In this document: one piece after another, positions 27,653 through 35,843 of the stretch
Position numbering within the stretch: position 1 is the stretch's first letter
Layout: each line of letters starts with the position of its first letter
IMG/VR virus record: IMGVR_UViG_3300037088_000559
Location: 1,370 to 65,369 of that record
Reading direction: 5' to 3' (one strand)
Source: a virus
Lineage: Duplodnaviria > Caudoviricetes
Length of the DNA: 64,000 nucleotides
Program-made: the position numbers and the translations under genes
The notes under the pieces: model-generated
Databases searched by the model: none
What the model saw: only the letters and a program-made list of their open reading frames with translations
What the model was told of the DNA's origin: nothing

Positions 27653-27744
27653 AGAACCGGAGTTTTAGGGAAAGTCCCTTACACTCGCCCCCTCGATCAC
27701 ATCATCGCCGCTATTCATGCGCCTTTCGTACAGTTTTAGGGGGC

Positions 27745-27966
27745 TTAATCGTTCGTCTCCCCCGTCAGCATCGACCACCCGCGGCGTAATCTCGAACCAT
27801 AGCGCCGGGGGGCTGTGTAGGCGGTGACGCTCATTAGGTCCAATGTATCGCGTTTTAACGAGGAGCGTAAGGCGAGCGGTGTTAGTGGCGGGGCATCGGG
27901 TGCTGTGAATCGCGTATCGAGCGTCGCATCCGTATCGCGATCATCGTCCGGGGTGATTCGATCCAT
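27745..27966 (-). CDS. Hypothetical protein
   Basis: AAGGAGG RBS. Confidence 0.5.
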   Translation of the reverse strand: MDRITPDDDRDTDATLDTRFTAPDAPPLTPLALRSSLKRDTLDLMSVTAYTAPRRYGSRLRRGWSMLTGETND

Positions 27967-27987
27967 CGTTAACCCTCCTTTATTCGT

Positions 27988-28140
27988 TTAGTGATTATCG
28001 TGCCGCGCATCGCGCGCGTGATTCGTCGTGACCATCGGGCGGCGCGAACGCGCGGCGAGGTAATAGACAATACTCCCGAGTATCGGTACGCCCAGGGCGA
28101 CGGTGATCAACGTTAAGATAAACGCGAGTATCGGATTCAT
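27988..28140 (-). CDS. Small membrane protein
   Basis: MNPILAFILTLITVALG..., one TM helix. Confidence 0.5.
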   Translation of the reverse strand: MNPILAFILTLITVALGVPILGSIVYYLAARSRRPMVTTNHARDARHDNH

Positions 28141-28346
28141 ATATTCCCCCTTCCTTCCCGCTCCTCGATGTACCGACAGCACTCCTCGAACGTCGCAGCG
28201 TTGAATACCGGCGGGGCGCTTTCGTCGGCTTTGTCAAAGACGATCCAGCGGCCGGGGGTAGAGACGAGCCGCTTTCGTCCCGATTTGCGAACGTGGGCGA
28301 CCCCGGCCGCGCGAGGATCGAAGGTGATCTTGAGCCACGGGGTCAT
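28137..28346 (-). CDS. Hypothetical protein
   Basis: AGGAG RBS; coupled to the next gene. Confidence 0.5.
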   Translation of the reverse strand: MTPWLKITFDPRAAGVAHVRKSGRKRLVSTPGRWIVFDKADESAPPVFNAATFEECCRYIEEREGRGNI

Positions 28347-28397
28347 GCGACACCGCCGTCTCCTAGGGTGATTGTCTGGCGCATATATGTTACCTCC

Positions 28398-28778
28398 TCA
28401 GACAGGTTTTAGATTCATCTGTACGCTTATGTCCTTACCTTCCAAATGGGCGTACAACGCGAACGATACGGTATCGAGTAAAGCCGCGGTCACCTTCGTA
28501 ACCGCCAGTAACTCCGCCTGGCGATCCAGCGCCTCTTTGTGGGCGCGGATCAGGACCAGTAAATTCGCGTTATTATGCTCCTGATAGGCGAGGAGACGCG
28601 CGGTTAACACGTCGAGATCCGTGCGAAGAGGATCGGTGGGGGCGGCGGTTGCCGTAAGAAGATCGTTTTGGGCCAGAAGATCGCCGTTGCGGGCGGCGCG
28701 GAGAAGCGCCCATACCATGATCAGTGTGATGCCAGCCAGCAAGGCGAAGCCTATGAGGATCGGATGTGATAACAGCAT
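28398..28778 (-). CDS. Membrane-anchored coiled-coil protein
   Basis: N-terminal TM helix; GGAGG RBS. Confidence 0.55.
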   Translation of the reverse strand: MLLSHPILIGFALLAGITLIMVWALLRAARNGDLLAQNDLLTATAAPTDPLRTDLDVLTARLLAYQEHNNANLLVLIRAHKEALDRQAELLAVTKVTAALLDTVSFALYAHLEGKDISVQMNLKPV

Positions 28779-29001
28779 CGGGTTGTACCTCCGGGGTGTG
28801 GTGGGTGCCTTGATGCGCCTCCAGGATTAGGATACGCCATTCGAGCCGGTGAGCGCGCTTTGTGAGAGCTTCAACGGCGCGATATTGTAATGTCGTGAGC
28901 GTCGTAAGATCGTGCATCGAATCGTTATAGCGCGTCTCGGTGTAAGCGAGATTCACGCACGCAGTGAAGATTAAAACGGCGCAGGTATAGCGAGTCGTCA
29001 T
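28573..29001 (-). CDS. Hypothetical protein
   Basis: AAGGAG RBS; its N-terminus is duplicated at 29634-29711. Confidence 0.45.
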   Translation of the reverse strand: MTTRYTCAVLIFTACVNLAYTETRYNDSMHDLTTLTTLQYRAVEALTKRAHRLEWRILILEAHQGTHHTPEVQPDAVITSDPHRLRLAGWHHTDHGMGASPRRPQRRSSGPKRSSYGNRRPHRSSSHGSRRVNRASPRLSGA

Positions 29002-29012
29002 AATTCGGCTCC

Positions 29013-29621
29013 TTAGCTCGGGATCGTAAGCATCCGGCGAATAATCGCCGCCATTTCGAGATGGGCTTTAGTATAGGCGGCGTCAGCGTCGGGGGTGGCG
29101 TCGGGGGCACGGGCGGCGTAGGCGGCGGCGGCGGCGGCGCGGGTGAAGGCATAGACGGCGTTGGCGGCGGCGTTGGCGGCGGCGTAGGCGTCGTCGGTGG
29201 CGGCGTAGGCGGCGGCGTAGATGGCGGCGTAAGCGGCGTAGGCGGCGGCGTAGATGGCGGCGTCGATATCGTAGGCGGCGTAGGCGTAGGCGTAGGCGGC
29301 GCGGGCGGCGCCTCGAACCTCTTGTAACGTTGCTTCCCCCCGTGCCCACTTCCGTGCCATTTCCAACGCTTTTGCCGGACGCTTTTCTTCCGGGGGTACA
29401 TATTGCAACGCGGTTTCGGCGCACGCGCACGCCGCAAGCACCAGTTGTCGGCGAGTCGGCCACCCCTTTACACCGATCTGTCTCGCGCACAGCCAAAGCA
29501 GCCCGTCGGCGCGGGGACACGTCTCCCAGGCTTCGGTTAGGGTCTGGCTCGCGACAAAGCCCCGCGCTTCTGAACAAGCGCTGAATTCGCGGAGTAATCG
29601 TACTAATGCTCGATTCGTCAT
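29013..29621 (-). CDS. Imm5-like protein with Ala-rich tract, copy A
   Basis: LAACACAE...RPAKALEMARKWARGE followed by an AAYAAA tract; GGAGG RBS. Confidence 0.75.
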   Translation of the reverse strand: MTNRALVRLLREFSACSEARGFVASQTLTEAWETCPRADGLLWLCARQIGVKGWPTRRQLVLAACACAETALQYVPPEEKRPAKALEMARKWARGEATLQEVRGAARAAYAYAYAAYDIDAAIYAAAYAAYAAIYAAAYAATDDAYAAANAAANAVYAFTRAAAAAAYAARAPDATPDADAAYTKAHLEMAAIIRRMLTIPS

Positions 29622-29633
29622 GGTGAAATCCTC

Positions 29634-29711
29634 CTAATGGCGCGCCTCGGTGTAGGCGAGGTTTAGTACTGTGGCGAGGGTAAGGGTAACATAGGTGTAG
29701 CGAGCGGACAT
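29634..29711 (-). pseudogene. Truncated paralog of the 28573-29001 gene
   Basis: MSARYTYVTLTLATVLNLAYTEARH* versus MTTRYTCAVLIFTACVNLAYTETRY. Confidence 0.6.
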
Positions 29712-29723
29712 ACGTGAAGCTCC

Positions 29724-30371
29724 TTAGCTCGGGATCGTAAGCATCCGGCGAATAATCGCCGCCATTTCGAGATGGGCGGCGGCGGCGGCGTAGGCGGTGT
29801 GGGCGGCGGCGGCGGCGTAGGCGGTGTGGGCGGCGGCGTCGGCGATGGCGTCGGTGTAGGCGACGGCGGTGTGGGCGGCGTCGGTGTGGGCGGCGGCGGC
29901 GTAGGCGGCGGCGTCGGCGATGGCGTCGGTGTAGGCGACGGCGTAGGCGGCGGCGGTGGTGCAGGCGGCGGCGGCGGCGGCGTAGGCGGCGTTGGCGGCG
30001 TTGGTGGCGTTGGTGGCGGTGTGGGCGGCGTAGGCGTAGGCGTAGGCGGCGCGGGCGGCGCCTCGAACCTCTTGTAACGTTGCTTCCCCCCGTGCCCACT
30101 TCCGTGCCATTTCCAACGCTTTTGCCGGACGCTTTTCTTCCGGGGGAATGTACTGCAACGTGGTTTCGGCGCACGCGCACGCCGCAAGCACCACCTGCTG
30201 ATGCGTCGGCCACCCTTTTACGCCCAGCTGTTTCGTGCATAGCCATAACATCCAGTCGGCGCGGGGACACGTCTCCCAGGCTTCGGTTAGGGTCTGGCTC
30301 GCGACAAAGGCGCACGCTTCTGAGCAGGCGCCGAGTTTACGGAGCAATCGTAACAATGTTGGATTCGTCAT
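29724..30371 (-). CDS. Imm5-like protein with Ala-rich tract, copy B
   Basis: Tandem paralog of copy A with the same RBS context. Confidence 0.75.
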   Translation of the reverse strand: MTNPTLLRLLRKLGACSEACAFVASQTLTEAWETCPRADWMLWLCTKQLGVKGWPTHQQVVLAACACAETTLQYIPPEEKRPAKALEMARKWARGEATLQEVRGAARAAYAYAYAAHTATNATNAANAAYAAAAAACTTAAAYAVAYTDAIADAAAYAAAAHTDAAHTAVAYTDAIADAAAHTAYAAAAAHTAYAAAAAHLEMAAIIRRMLTIPS

Positions 30372-30405
30372 GGTGAAATCCTCCTGTTTGATGTGTCGTA
30401 CTGGG

Positions 30406-30774
30406 TTATAAATCCCGCACTGTCCAGCGCTTGGTGCGGGATTTGGCGGTGTGGTCAACACATTTAATCACCTGTCCCACGTTGCCGACCGCCGCCAGAG
30501 TCACGGGTTCGTAGCGGTTATACGCCGGGGTGAGATCGCGAATGGCGTGATCGGTTTGGTAAATCATCCACTTGCGGTCGCGGGTGGCAATATAGTGCTG
30601 CGTATCGCTCACCAGATGCCCATCACGCACCATGGGTATCTTGATCCAATCGAGCCCGCTAACCGTGCGGAGTTTGCATTTAAGCCTATAGAGAAGCTGG
30701 GAATCGCGTGAGACACGCGGCTCGCCTTTGTCGCGCTGGATCGTGAGGGTACTGGCGTCGGTGGTGATCGTCAT
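30406..30774 (-). CDS. Hypothetical early protein
   Basis: GGAGG RBS; 122 aa. Confidence 0.6.
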   Translation of the reverse strand: MTITTDASTLTIQRDKGEPRVSRDSQLLYRLKCKLRTVSGLDWIKIPMVRDGHLVSDTQHYIATRDRKWMIYQTDHAIRDLTPAYNRYEPVTLAAVGNVGQVIKCVDHTAKSRTKRWTVRDL

Positions 30775-30777
30775 GGG

Positions 30778-31551
30778 TTAGACCTCCGTAGCTAAGACCT
30801 CTTGTAAAAGGTGAGTTAAATCGTAAGAAAATTTCTCAAGGACGTTGGCGGCGGCGGCGGCGGCGTAGGCGGCGGTGTAGGCGGCGTCGGCTTTGGCGGC
30901 GGCGGCGGCGTAGGCGGCGGTGTAGGCGGCGTCGGCTTTGGCGGCGGCGGCGGCGGCGGCGTAGGCGGCGGCGTAGGCGGCGTCGGCTTTGGCGGCGGCG
31001 GCGGCGTAGGCGGCGTTGGCGGCGTTGGCGTTGGCGGCGTTGGCGGCGGCGGTGTAGGCGGCGGTGTAGGCGGCGGCGTTGGCGTTGGCGGCGTTGGCGT
31101 TGGCGGCGTAGGCGGCGTCGTAAGTTCGATCTTTCCCGCTTTTCCAATCTTCGGCCCATTTCGTAAACACCTCTTTTCCTGGCCAGTCTCCGGTTAGTTC
31201 TAAAGCGATCCGCAAAGCAGCGAGGATTCGTTGATGTTTAGTGAATTGCGGGAGCGCGAACCGTTCGCGCAAGGTAAGGGTCTTAACACCAATTTTAGTG
31301 CCGCTGTTGGCCACGACTTCCGGGGTTTCGGCGGCGTAGAGGTGTGGGTGATCGAATGCGGCGTGTATAGGATTCATAAACGCCGTAATTTCGGGCGAGA
31401 GATAGGCGTGGATAATTTCGGAGGTGCATAGCGCCGTCCCGTCACCCGCAACGGTTACGGTTTCGCCAATACGCCAGTGCGTCTCGCCATCTTGACCTCG
31501 GCGGGTGTAGCCGTCGGAATCGGTGAGTTTATACACGGTGATCATCGTCAT
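30778..31551 (-). CDS. Early protein with C-terminal Ala-rich tract
   Basis: YKLTD...LC...IHAY...MNPIHA domain, then AANANAAAYT repeats. Confidence 0.7.
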   Translation of the reverse strand: MTMITVYKLTDSDGYTRRGQDGETHWRIGETVTVAGDGTALCTSEIIHAYLSPEITAFMNPIHAAFDHPHLYAAETPEVVANSGTKIGVKTLTLRERFALPQFTKHQRILAALRIALELTGDWPGKEVFTKWAEDWKSGKDRTYDAAYAANANAANANAAAYTAAYTAAANAANANAANAAYAAAAAKADAAYAAAYAAAAAAAKADAAYTAAYAAAAAKADAAYTAAYAAAAAANVLEKFSYDLTHLLQEVLATEV

Positions 31552-31592
31552 GGGTTATAACGCTCCTTTTTGGACGGACGTTAATCGTGGTA

Positions 31593-31608
31593 AGCACGCG
31601 AGGGGCCG
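31593..31608 (-). promoter_or_regulatory. Sigma54-type promoter
   Basis: CGGC-N7-GTGCT, 42 nt upstream of ATG 31551. Confidence 0.55.
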
Positions 31609-32028
31609 TTAGATTCCCCAACCGTCCTCTTGACCTCCCCGAGTGTTAAATGAGCCATCGGGGAAGTGTATCTTGACGGCGTACCCACGGGGATCGTGAT
31701 TGCGCATATGCTTAAGGCCGTACGATTCGAGTATTCGCGTTACCTCGGCGTTGAGGCGTACGTTACGGGCCTGCTCGCGGTTTGATACTTCGCGGTTGCA
31801 GAATGCTTCGTCAAGCCGACTAATCGCGCGTGCGAGGCTCTTAAGCTTGGCGGCGTGAAAGCAGACGAGGCGAGCGTGGAAAGCCTCGCGTATCGTTGGT
31901 TCATAGTGGCGATATTCTTGAACAATGCGAGGAACGGCGGAATTGGCCATAGGATCGTAATAACGGATAACTTGATAAAGCTTCAGAGCAAGTAGACATT
32001 CTTCGTTGATTTTAGGCATTGTAACCAC
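31609..32028 (-). CDS. Hypothetical early protein
   Basis: 139 aa; DPRGYAVKI pattern. Confidence 0.6.
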   Translation of the reverse strand: MVTMPKINEECLLALKLYQVIRYYDPMANSAVPRIVQEYRHYEPTIREAFHARLVCFHAAKLKSLARAISRLDEAFCNREVSNREQARNVRLNAEVTRILESYGLKHMRNHDPRGYAVKIHFPDGSFNTRGGQEDGWGI

Positions 32029-32099
32029 CTTCTGAGCGTATCTGCGGCGCTCCCCGGTTTTGCGCGGTGGGTTATATCCCCCCGCTGCGTGAGGTGAGT

Positions 32100-32115
32100 A
32101 GCATGTAAGGGGCCG
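32100..32115 (-). promoter_or_regulatory. Sigma54-type promoter
   Basis: CGGC-N7-ATGCT, intergenic. Confidence 0.55.
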
Positions 32116-32123
32116 TACGTACG

Positions 32124-32453
32124 CTAATCCTCCGACGGGTACATACAGTCAGCATACGTTAGCTCGCTGTCTTCGCTGACCCAAGGAATCTCGCGTTTAC
32201 CGCATACCGCGCGAAAGTCGGTGATCACTTGGAAGTCACCGGCATTCGTTGCTAACCACCGATCAACGTTGCGGCGGGTGAAGGCGCCGATATTCGCGAG
32301 GTCATAATTGCGCAGCTCGTAACGGTACGCGCACGTTGTAGCGGGCATCCATATGGTTCCGATAACCTCAACGTAGGCGATACGTACCCGAGCGCGAATA
32401 TACGGATTGGGATGAAGCTGTTTCGGAACTGCGGGAATTTGTGAGGTTGACAT
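32124..32453 (-). CDS. Hypothetical early protein
   Basis: AAGGAG RBS. Confidence 0.6.
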   Translation of the reverse strand: MSTSQIPAVPKQLHPNPYIRARVRIAYVEVIGTIWMPATTCAYRYELRNYDLANIGAFTRRNVDRWLATNAGDFQVITDFRAVCGKREIPWVSEDSELTYADCMYPSED

Positions 32454-32497
32454 CGTTGTAAGCTCCTTCGTATCGTGAGTGATCTAACTGTGATGTG

Positions 32498-32857
32498 CTA
32501 CCCGCCGAACCGCCGGTAAACCTCGAAGCTTAGATACTCTGCGTGCTGGGCGCAATAGTCGCGTTGGATTTTGGTGTACCGCGCGAAATACTCCGCATCG
32601 GTATCGCCTGGGCGCAAGGTGAGAAACGTCATCAGCGATTTAATGCAATCGTCGGAATCTTGCGCGTGTAAAGGGGAACATCGGAAGTCTTCACCCTCGA
32701 ATAGCAAGGTCGTAACGCGGTGTTCCTTCATGGTGAGCTTGTATCCCAGGTGGTTATCCGACTGCCCGAGGGAATAAAGCTTGAGAGTGAAGATCGGCCC
32801 CTCACCCTTGCGGTAGGGGAAGAATCGAACCGTACGCATACAATCTGAGGTGTTCAT
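32498..32857 (-). CDS. Hypothetical early protein
   Basis: GAGGA RBS; FLTLRPGDTD. Confidence 0.6.
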   Translation of the reverse strand: MNTSDCMRTVRFFPYRKGEGPIFTLKLYSLGQSDNHLGYKLTMKEHRVTTLLFEGEDFRCSPLHAQDSDDCIKSLMTFLTLRPGDTDAEYFARYTKIQRDYCAQHAEYLSFEVYRRFGG

Positions 32858-32876
32858 TAGCGTTGTCCTCTTAGGC

Positions 32877-33152
32877 TCACGTTTCTGCCTGATCCGACTG
32901 TCGAGCTGTCACTACTCGGCAGCGGGGCCAAGTGGTCGTGAAAAGTTTTTCAGGCGCAATCTCACCATCTTGCATTGGGCGATACTGGCCGCGCGAAGTT
33001 GTGCGATAGATACAGCCATCGACTCCAAGTGCCCACATCTTTTGAAACCTCCCATCGTGATTGTGGGTGAGGTGAAGACCCTGGTTCACCTTCTTTAGAA
33101 TTTCTACCTGCTTGCGTATGCCGTGTTCGCTTATCGTGATTGTCATCTTCAT
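32877..33152 (-). CDS. Hypothetical early protein
   Basis: AGGAGG RBS before ATG 33152; the longer ORF-track start crosses a promoter. Confidence 0.55.
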   Translation of the reverse strand: MKMTITISEHGIRKQVEILKKVNQGLHLTHNHDGRFQKMWALGVDGCIYRTTSRGQYRPMQDGEIAPEKLFTTTWPRCRVVTARQSDQAET

Positions 33153-33209
33153 TCCCTCCTGCCCTATTTCACGACCCTGGGGGATTTGACTCCGTACGTT
33201 AGAGGATAG

Positions 33210-33226
33210 AGCACGTTGCTCGCCAT
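33210..33226 (-). promoter_or_regulatory. Sigma54-type promoter
   Basis: ATGGCGAGCAACGTGCT, identical to 34871-34887. Confidence 0.65.
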
Positions 33227-33521
33227 TGGGCGGCAGTAAATAACTACCGACCGGACGGTGGGTAAACGTCGTAATTTCTAAGGTGTGTCTATTAAACCAC
33301 AAAGTGTGGTAAATTAACCACAGTCGAGTTTTAACTCGTTTGTTATCATATACTTACAGAGACCGAAGTCGGCGCGTGAGTAGGTTAACGTTAGGTGATA
33401 TTAGCTAACGTATAGCTTAACTAGATAACGTTAACGGGGAGGCGATACGGACGCGGGGGTGAGGATAGGCGCGGGAATCGCGGGGACGGTAGGAATCGTG
33501 GGGAAGATGCCAGGTAGGGGG

Positions 33522-33563
33522 AAAAGAAAACGCGCACCAGGTGATACGGGCTGGTGCGCGTTT
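33522..33563 (-). terminator. Rho-independent terminator
   Basis: 13-bp stem AAACGCGCACCAG/CTGGTGCGCGTTT running into a U-rich tail on the minus strand. Confidence 0.75.
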
Positions 33564-33578
33564 AGCGGTGGAGGCTGG

Positions 33579-33797
33579 TCAGCGTTCTTCGCGGAAGTTA
33601 GCGCGGGCGATTTTCGCGCGTTTCGTTCGCAGCGTTTCGCGATCACGCCAGCCGTCGTAACGGTCAACGGTGGCAGGCTCAAGCTTATCGAAGCACGTGA
33701 AGCATACGTAGCGTGGACGTGGCTCGCGTGTGGCGTAGAGGCCGTTATGGGCGGTGGTATGGCACTGGGCGCAAGGGTCCATTAGACAATCCCCCAT
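33579..33797 (-). CDS. Small CxxC protein
   Basis: CAQC...CFTC; precedes the terminator. Confidence 0.5.
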   Translation of the reverse strand: MGDCLMDPCAQCHTTAHNGLYATREPRPRYVCFTCFDKLEPATVDRYDGWRDRETLRTKRAKIARANFREER

Positions 33798-34255
33798 ATC
33801 TCGCGCATCGTACCGTATCGCGGTTTATAGTACAGCGTAAGGTTACCGTGGTCGGAAAAATGGAGGACTTCGCCGACATAGCGCGCGGGAACTTCTGAGG
33901 TATCACTAACCTTTAGGCCGTTGAAGTCCTCCTCGAAAGTCTCGCTGAGCCATACGCCATAATCGGCACCATCGCCAGTATGCGAGCCGAAGTACATATA
34001 AGGTGGGCAGTGGTTATTGAGGATATCGAATAACGCCTCTAGGTCGTATCCGACGCCTACGCTCTGCCAGTATTCAGCATCCTCGTTAACGTCCGAGGCT
34101 TTCCGAATCGCGTTGACTTGTTTACGTTCGTCCTGTGTTGGCGCCAGGTGCTGGGCTTCCCATAGGAAGCTTGGTATAAGATCCTCGGTTCGCATCGTAC
34201 CCGAGCTTACCGAGCCGATTGAAAGGGTATCGTTCTTACGTCGTTTAGTGGCCAT
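33782..34255 (-). CDS. Hypothetical early phage protein
   Basis: SSGTMRTEDLIP...YFGSHTGDGADYGVW pattern; AGGAG RBS. Confidence 0.7.
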   Translation of the reverse strand: MATKRRKNDTLSIGSVSSGTMRTEDLIPSFLWEAQHLAPTQDERKQVNAIRKASDVNEDAEYWQSVGVGYDLEALFDILNNHCPPYMYFGSHTGDGADYGVWLSETFEEDFNGLKVSDTSEVPARYVGEVLHFSDHGNLTLYYKPRYGTMREIWGIV

Positions 34256-34278
34256 TGTAGCCTTGCTCCTCTCGTTTT

Positions 34279-34294
34279 AGCAATAGTTAAACCA
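34279..34294 (-). promoter_or_regulatory. Sigma54-type promoter
   Basis: TGGT-N7-TTGCT, 24 nt upstream of ATG 34255. Confidence 0.6.
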
Positions 34295-34325
34295 ATTCGC
34301 GGCTGTGGGTACATCTCGCGTCGGT

Positions 34326-34631
34326 TTAGCCGGCTTGCGTGCTTGTGTCATCACACCAGAGTTGGTACTTTTGAATCCAGCTTTCGTTCGGATTGTGCTT
34401 GAAGCTATAGAGGTTCAGTTTGCGAGCCTGAAGACGCAGGAGTGTCAGCTTCACGAAGTCATCCTTGATTGTTTGTTTGGGAGTGGTGGCGCAAAGGGAA
34501 TTTTCAAAGCGTTCAAGTTTACCGCAGAGAGCGGACCATTCGGGCTCGAAAGACTTCCCGATATAGCGGGTATCGAATCTTACCGTGTCTCTGAGTTCCT
34601 GAACGGCCTTAAAAAGTTCTTTTCGTGTCAT
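34326..34631 (-). CDS. Hypothetical protein
   Basis: 101-aa ORF in the early operon. Confidence 0.5.
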   Translation of the reverse strand: MTRKELFKAVQELRDTVRFDTRYIGKSFEPEWSALCGKLERFENSLCATTPKQTIKDDFVKLTLLRLQARKLNLYSFKHNPNESWIQKYQLWCDDTSTQAG

Positions 34632-34699
34632 CGGTCTACCCTTAGGGTTAAACTCCTCACCTTAGCGCCTGGTGGGGGATTAGGCGCTAACGTCGGAAG

Positions 34700-34846
34700 C
34701 TAGTACGCCAAGGCCCAACCGATAACCTGTTCGGGCGTCATATGAAGATTACGCCAGTACCACAATGTGTCAGCATTCGGCAGTAGAACCAAATGCGCTG
34801 CGGCTGCCCGCTCTTTCAATTCTTTTAACCAAGTATCATAGTCCAT
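34700..34846 (-). CDS. 48-aa hypothetical protein
   Basis: MDYDTWLKELKER...; GAGGTGA RBS directly after a promoter. Confidence 0.5.
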   Translation of the reverse strand: MDYDTWLKELKERAAAAHLVLLPNADTLWYWRNLHMTPEQVIGWALAY

Positions 34847-34870
34847 TTCGCTCACCTCACCTTACTCCGT

Positions 34871-34887
34871 AGCACGTTGCTCGCCAT
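34871..34887 (-). promoter_or_regulatory. Sigma54-type promoter
   Basis: ATGGCGAGCAACGTGCT; heads the leftward early region. Confidence 0.65.
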
Positions 34888-35148
34888 CACGTAACGTACC
34901 ACGGCCGCGTTATATCCCGCGCCCGTGATACTGGTACGTGACGCTTGGGACCCGGGACCCATAGTCGTGAGCATCGTAACTCTGCCGGCCAGCGCGCCCA
35001 CGGGTAGGCGTGCACCCCCACCCTATCACCGGCGGTACCCCCCATAGGGGCGCGCGGGCCGTCGCCCGCAAAATTTCCAGGATATACGGCCTGAAAACTA
35101 TTATCTATTCTATCAACGTTTCTACTCTACGTAATATGCGATTAAAAT

Positions 35149-35196
35149 GTTGATTTCGCCTGGCACCTATGCTACGATACCGGGCACTAAAAGGAG
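35149..35196 (+). promoter_or_regulatory. Sigma70-type promoter plus RBS, copy 1
   Basis: TTGATT-17-TACGAT with extended TG, then AAGGAG. Confidence 0.7.
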
Positions 35197-35202
35197 CCGT
35201 AC

Positions 35203-35790
35203 ATGGAACCGGCGTTTTCCTGTTGGCGTGTTCAACTCGCGAGCCGTTCCGCTATTGATCCATTCATTAAGAAGCACTATCTGCGCCGCTGGCCCGGAGT
35301 TGTAACACTGAACCTCGGTTTATTCGACGGGCAGAGGAATATCGGTTGTGCCGTGTTCGCTTTGCCTCCACGCGAGACGATGAAGCGTTACGGTGTCCCG
35401 CTCGTTTGGGAACTCGCGCGGTTGTACATCGAAGACACGACACCGGCCAATGCTGAGACTTGGTTCGTGGCGCGGGCGATTCGCTGGATTCAACGGGACT
35501 ATCCAGACGTTACATGTCTGGTCTCATACGCCGATCCTTCGGCCGGGCATCGCGGGACGATCTATCAAGCCGGAAGTTGGATTGCCGACGGGCGTACTGA
35601 CCAGGAACGGAAGACCCCGCGCTTCGATTATCGTAACCCCATAACCAAGAAGATGTACTCCCGGCGTTCGCACGTTCCTGATGATGTCGTTCCCGAGCGC
35701 GTCCCGCGTATCTCAAAACTCCGGTATGTTTATTGGTTGGATGGCTCGCACGAGAAACGTAGACAAGTCCAACGATTAAGTTTACGTTGA
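35203..35790 (+). CDS. Mom-family (GNAT-fold) DNA modification protein
   Basis: HYL, WELARL, NAETWFV, LVSYADPSAGHRGTIYQA..W, K.RY. Confidence 0.85.
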   Translation: MEPAFSCWRVQLASRSAIDPFIKKHYLRRWPGVVTLNLGLFDGQRNIGCAVFALPPRETMKRYGVPLVWELARLYIEDTTPANAETWFVARAIRWIQRDYPDVTCLVSYADPSAGHRGTIYQAGSWIADGRTDQERKTPRFDYRNPITKKMYSRRSHVPDDVVPERVPRISKLRYVYWLDGSHEKRRQVQRLSLR

Positions 35791-35833
35791 TTTCTCCGGG
35801 TTAACATGCTACGCTATCGGGCACTTAAAGGAG
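35786..35833 (+). promoter_or_regulatory. Sigma70-type promoter plus RBS, copy 2
   Basis: TTGATT-17-TACGCT; 38/48 identical to copy 1. Confidence 0.7.
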
Positions 35834-35843
35834 ACCTCGCATA

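Noticed and set aside
29013-30371. The paralog pair as DGR template and variable repeats
   Set aside because: Differences in the alignable parts are not adenine-specific, both copies are intact genes, and no reverse transcriptase is present.
29061-31159. Long poly-Arg, poly-Pro and poly-Gly ORFs in the track
   Set aside because: They are alternative frames and antisense readings of GCC-rich tracts; the Ala frame has the RBS and the conserved domain.
34971-34990. Sixth sigma54 promoter
   Set aside because: The GG to GC spacing is two bases too long.
34990-35110. pac/cos site in the GC-rich then AT-rich stretch before the packaging genes
   Set aside because: The position is plausible, but no specific sequence evidence supports it without read-end data.
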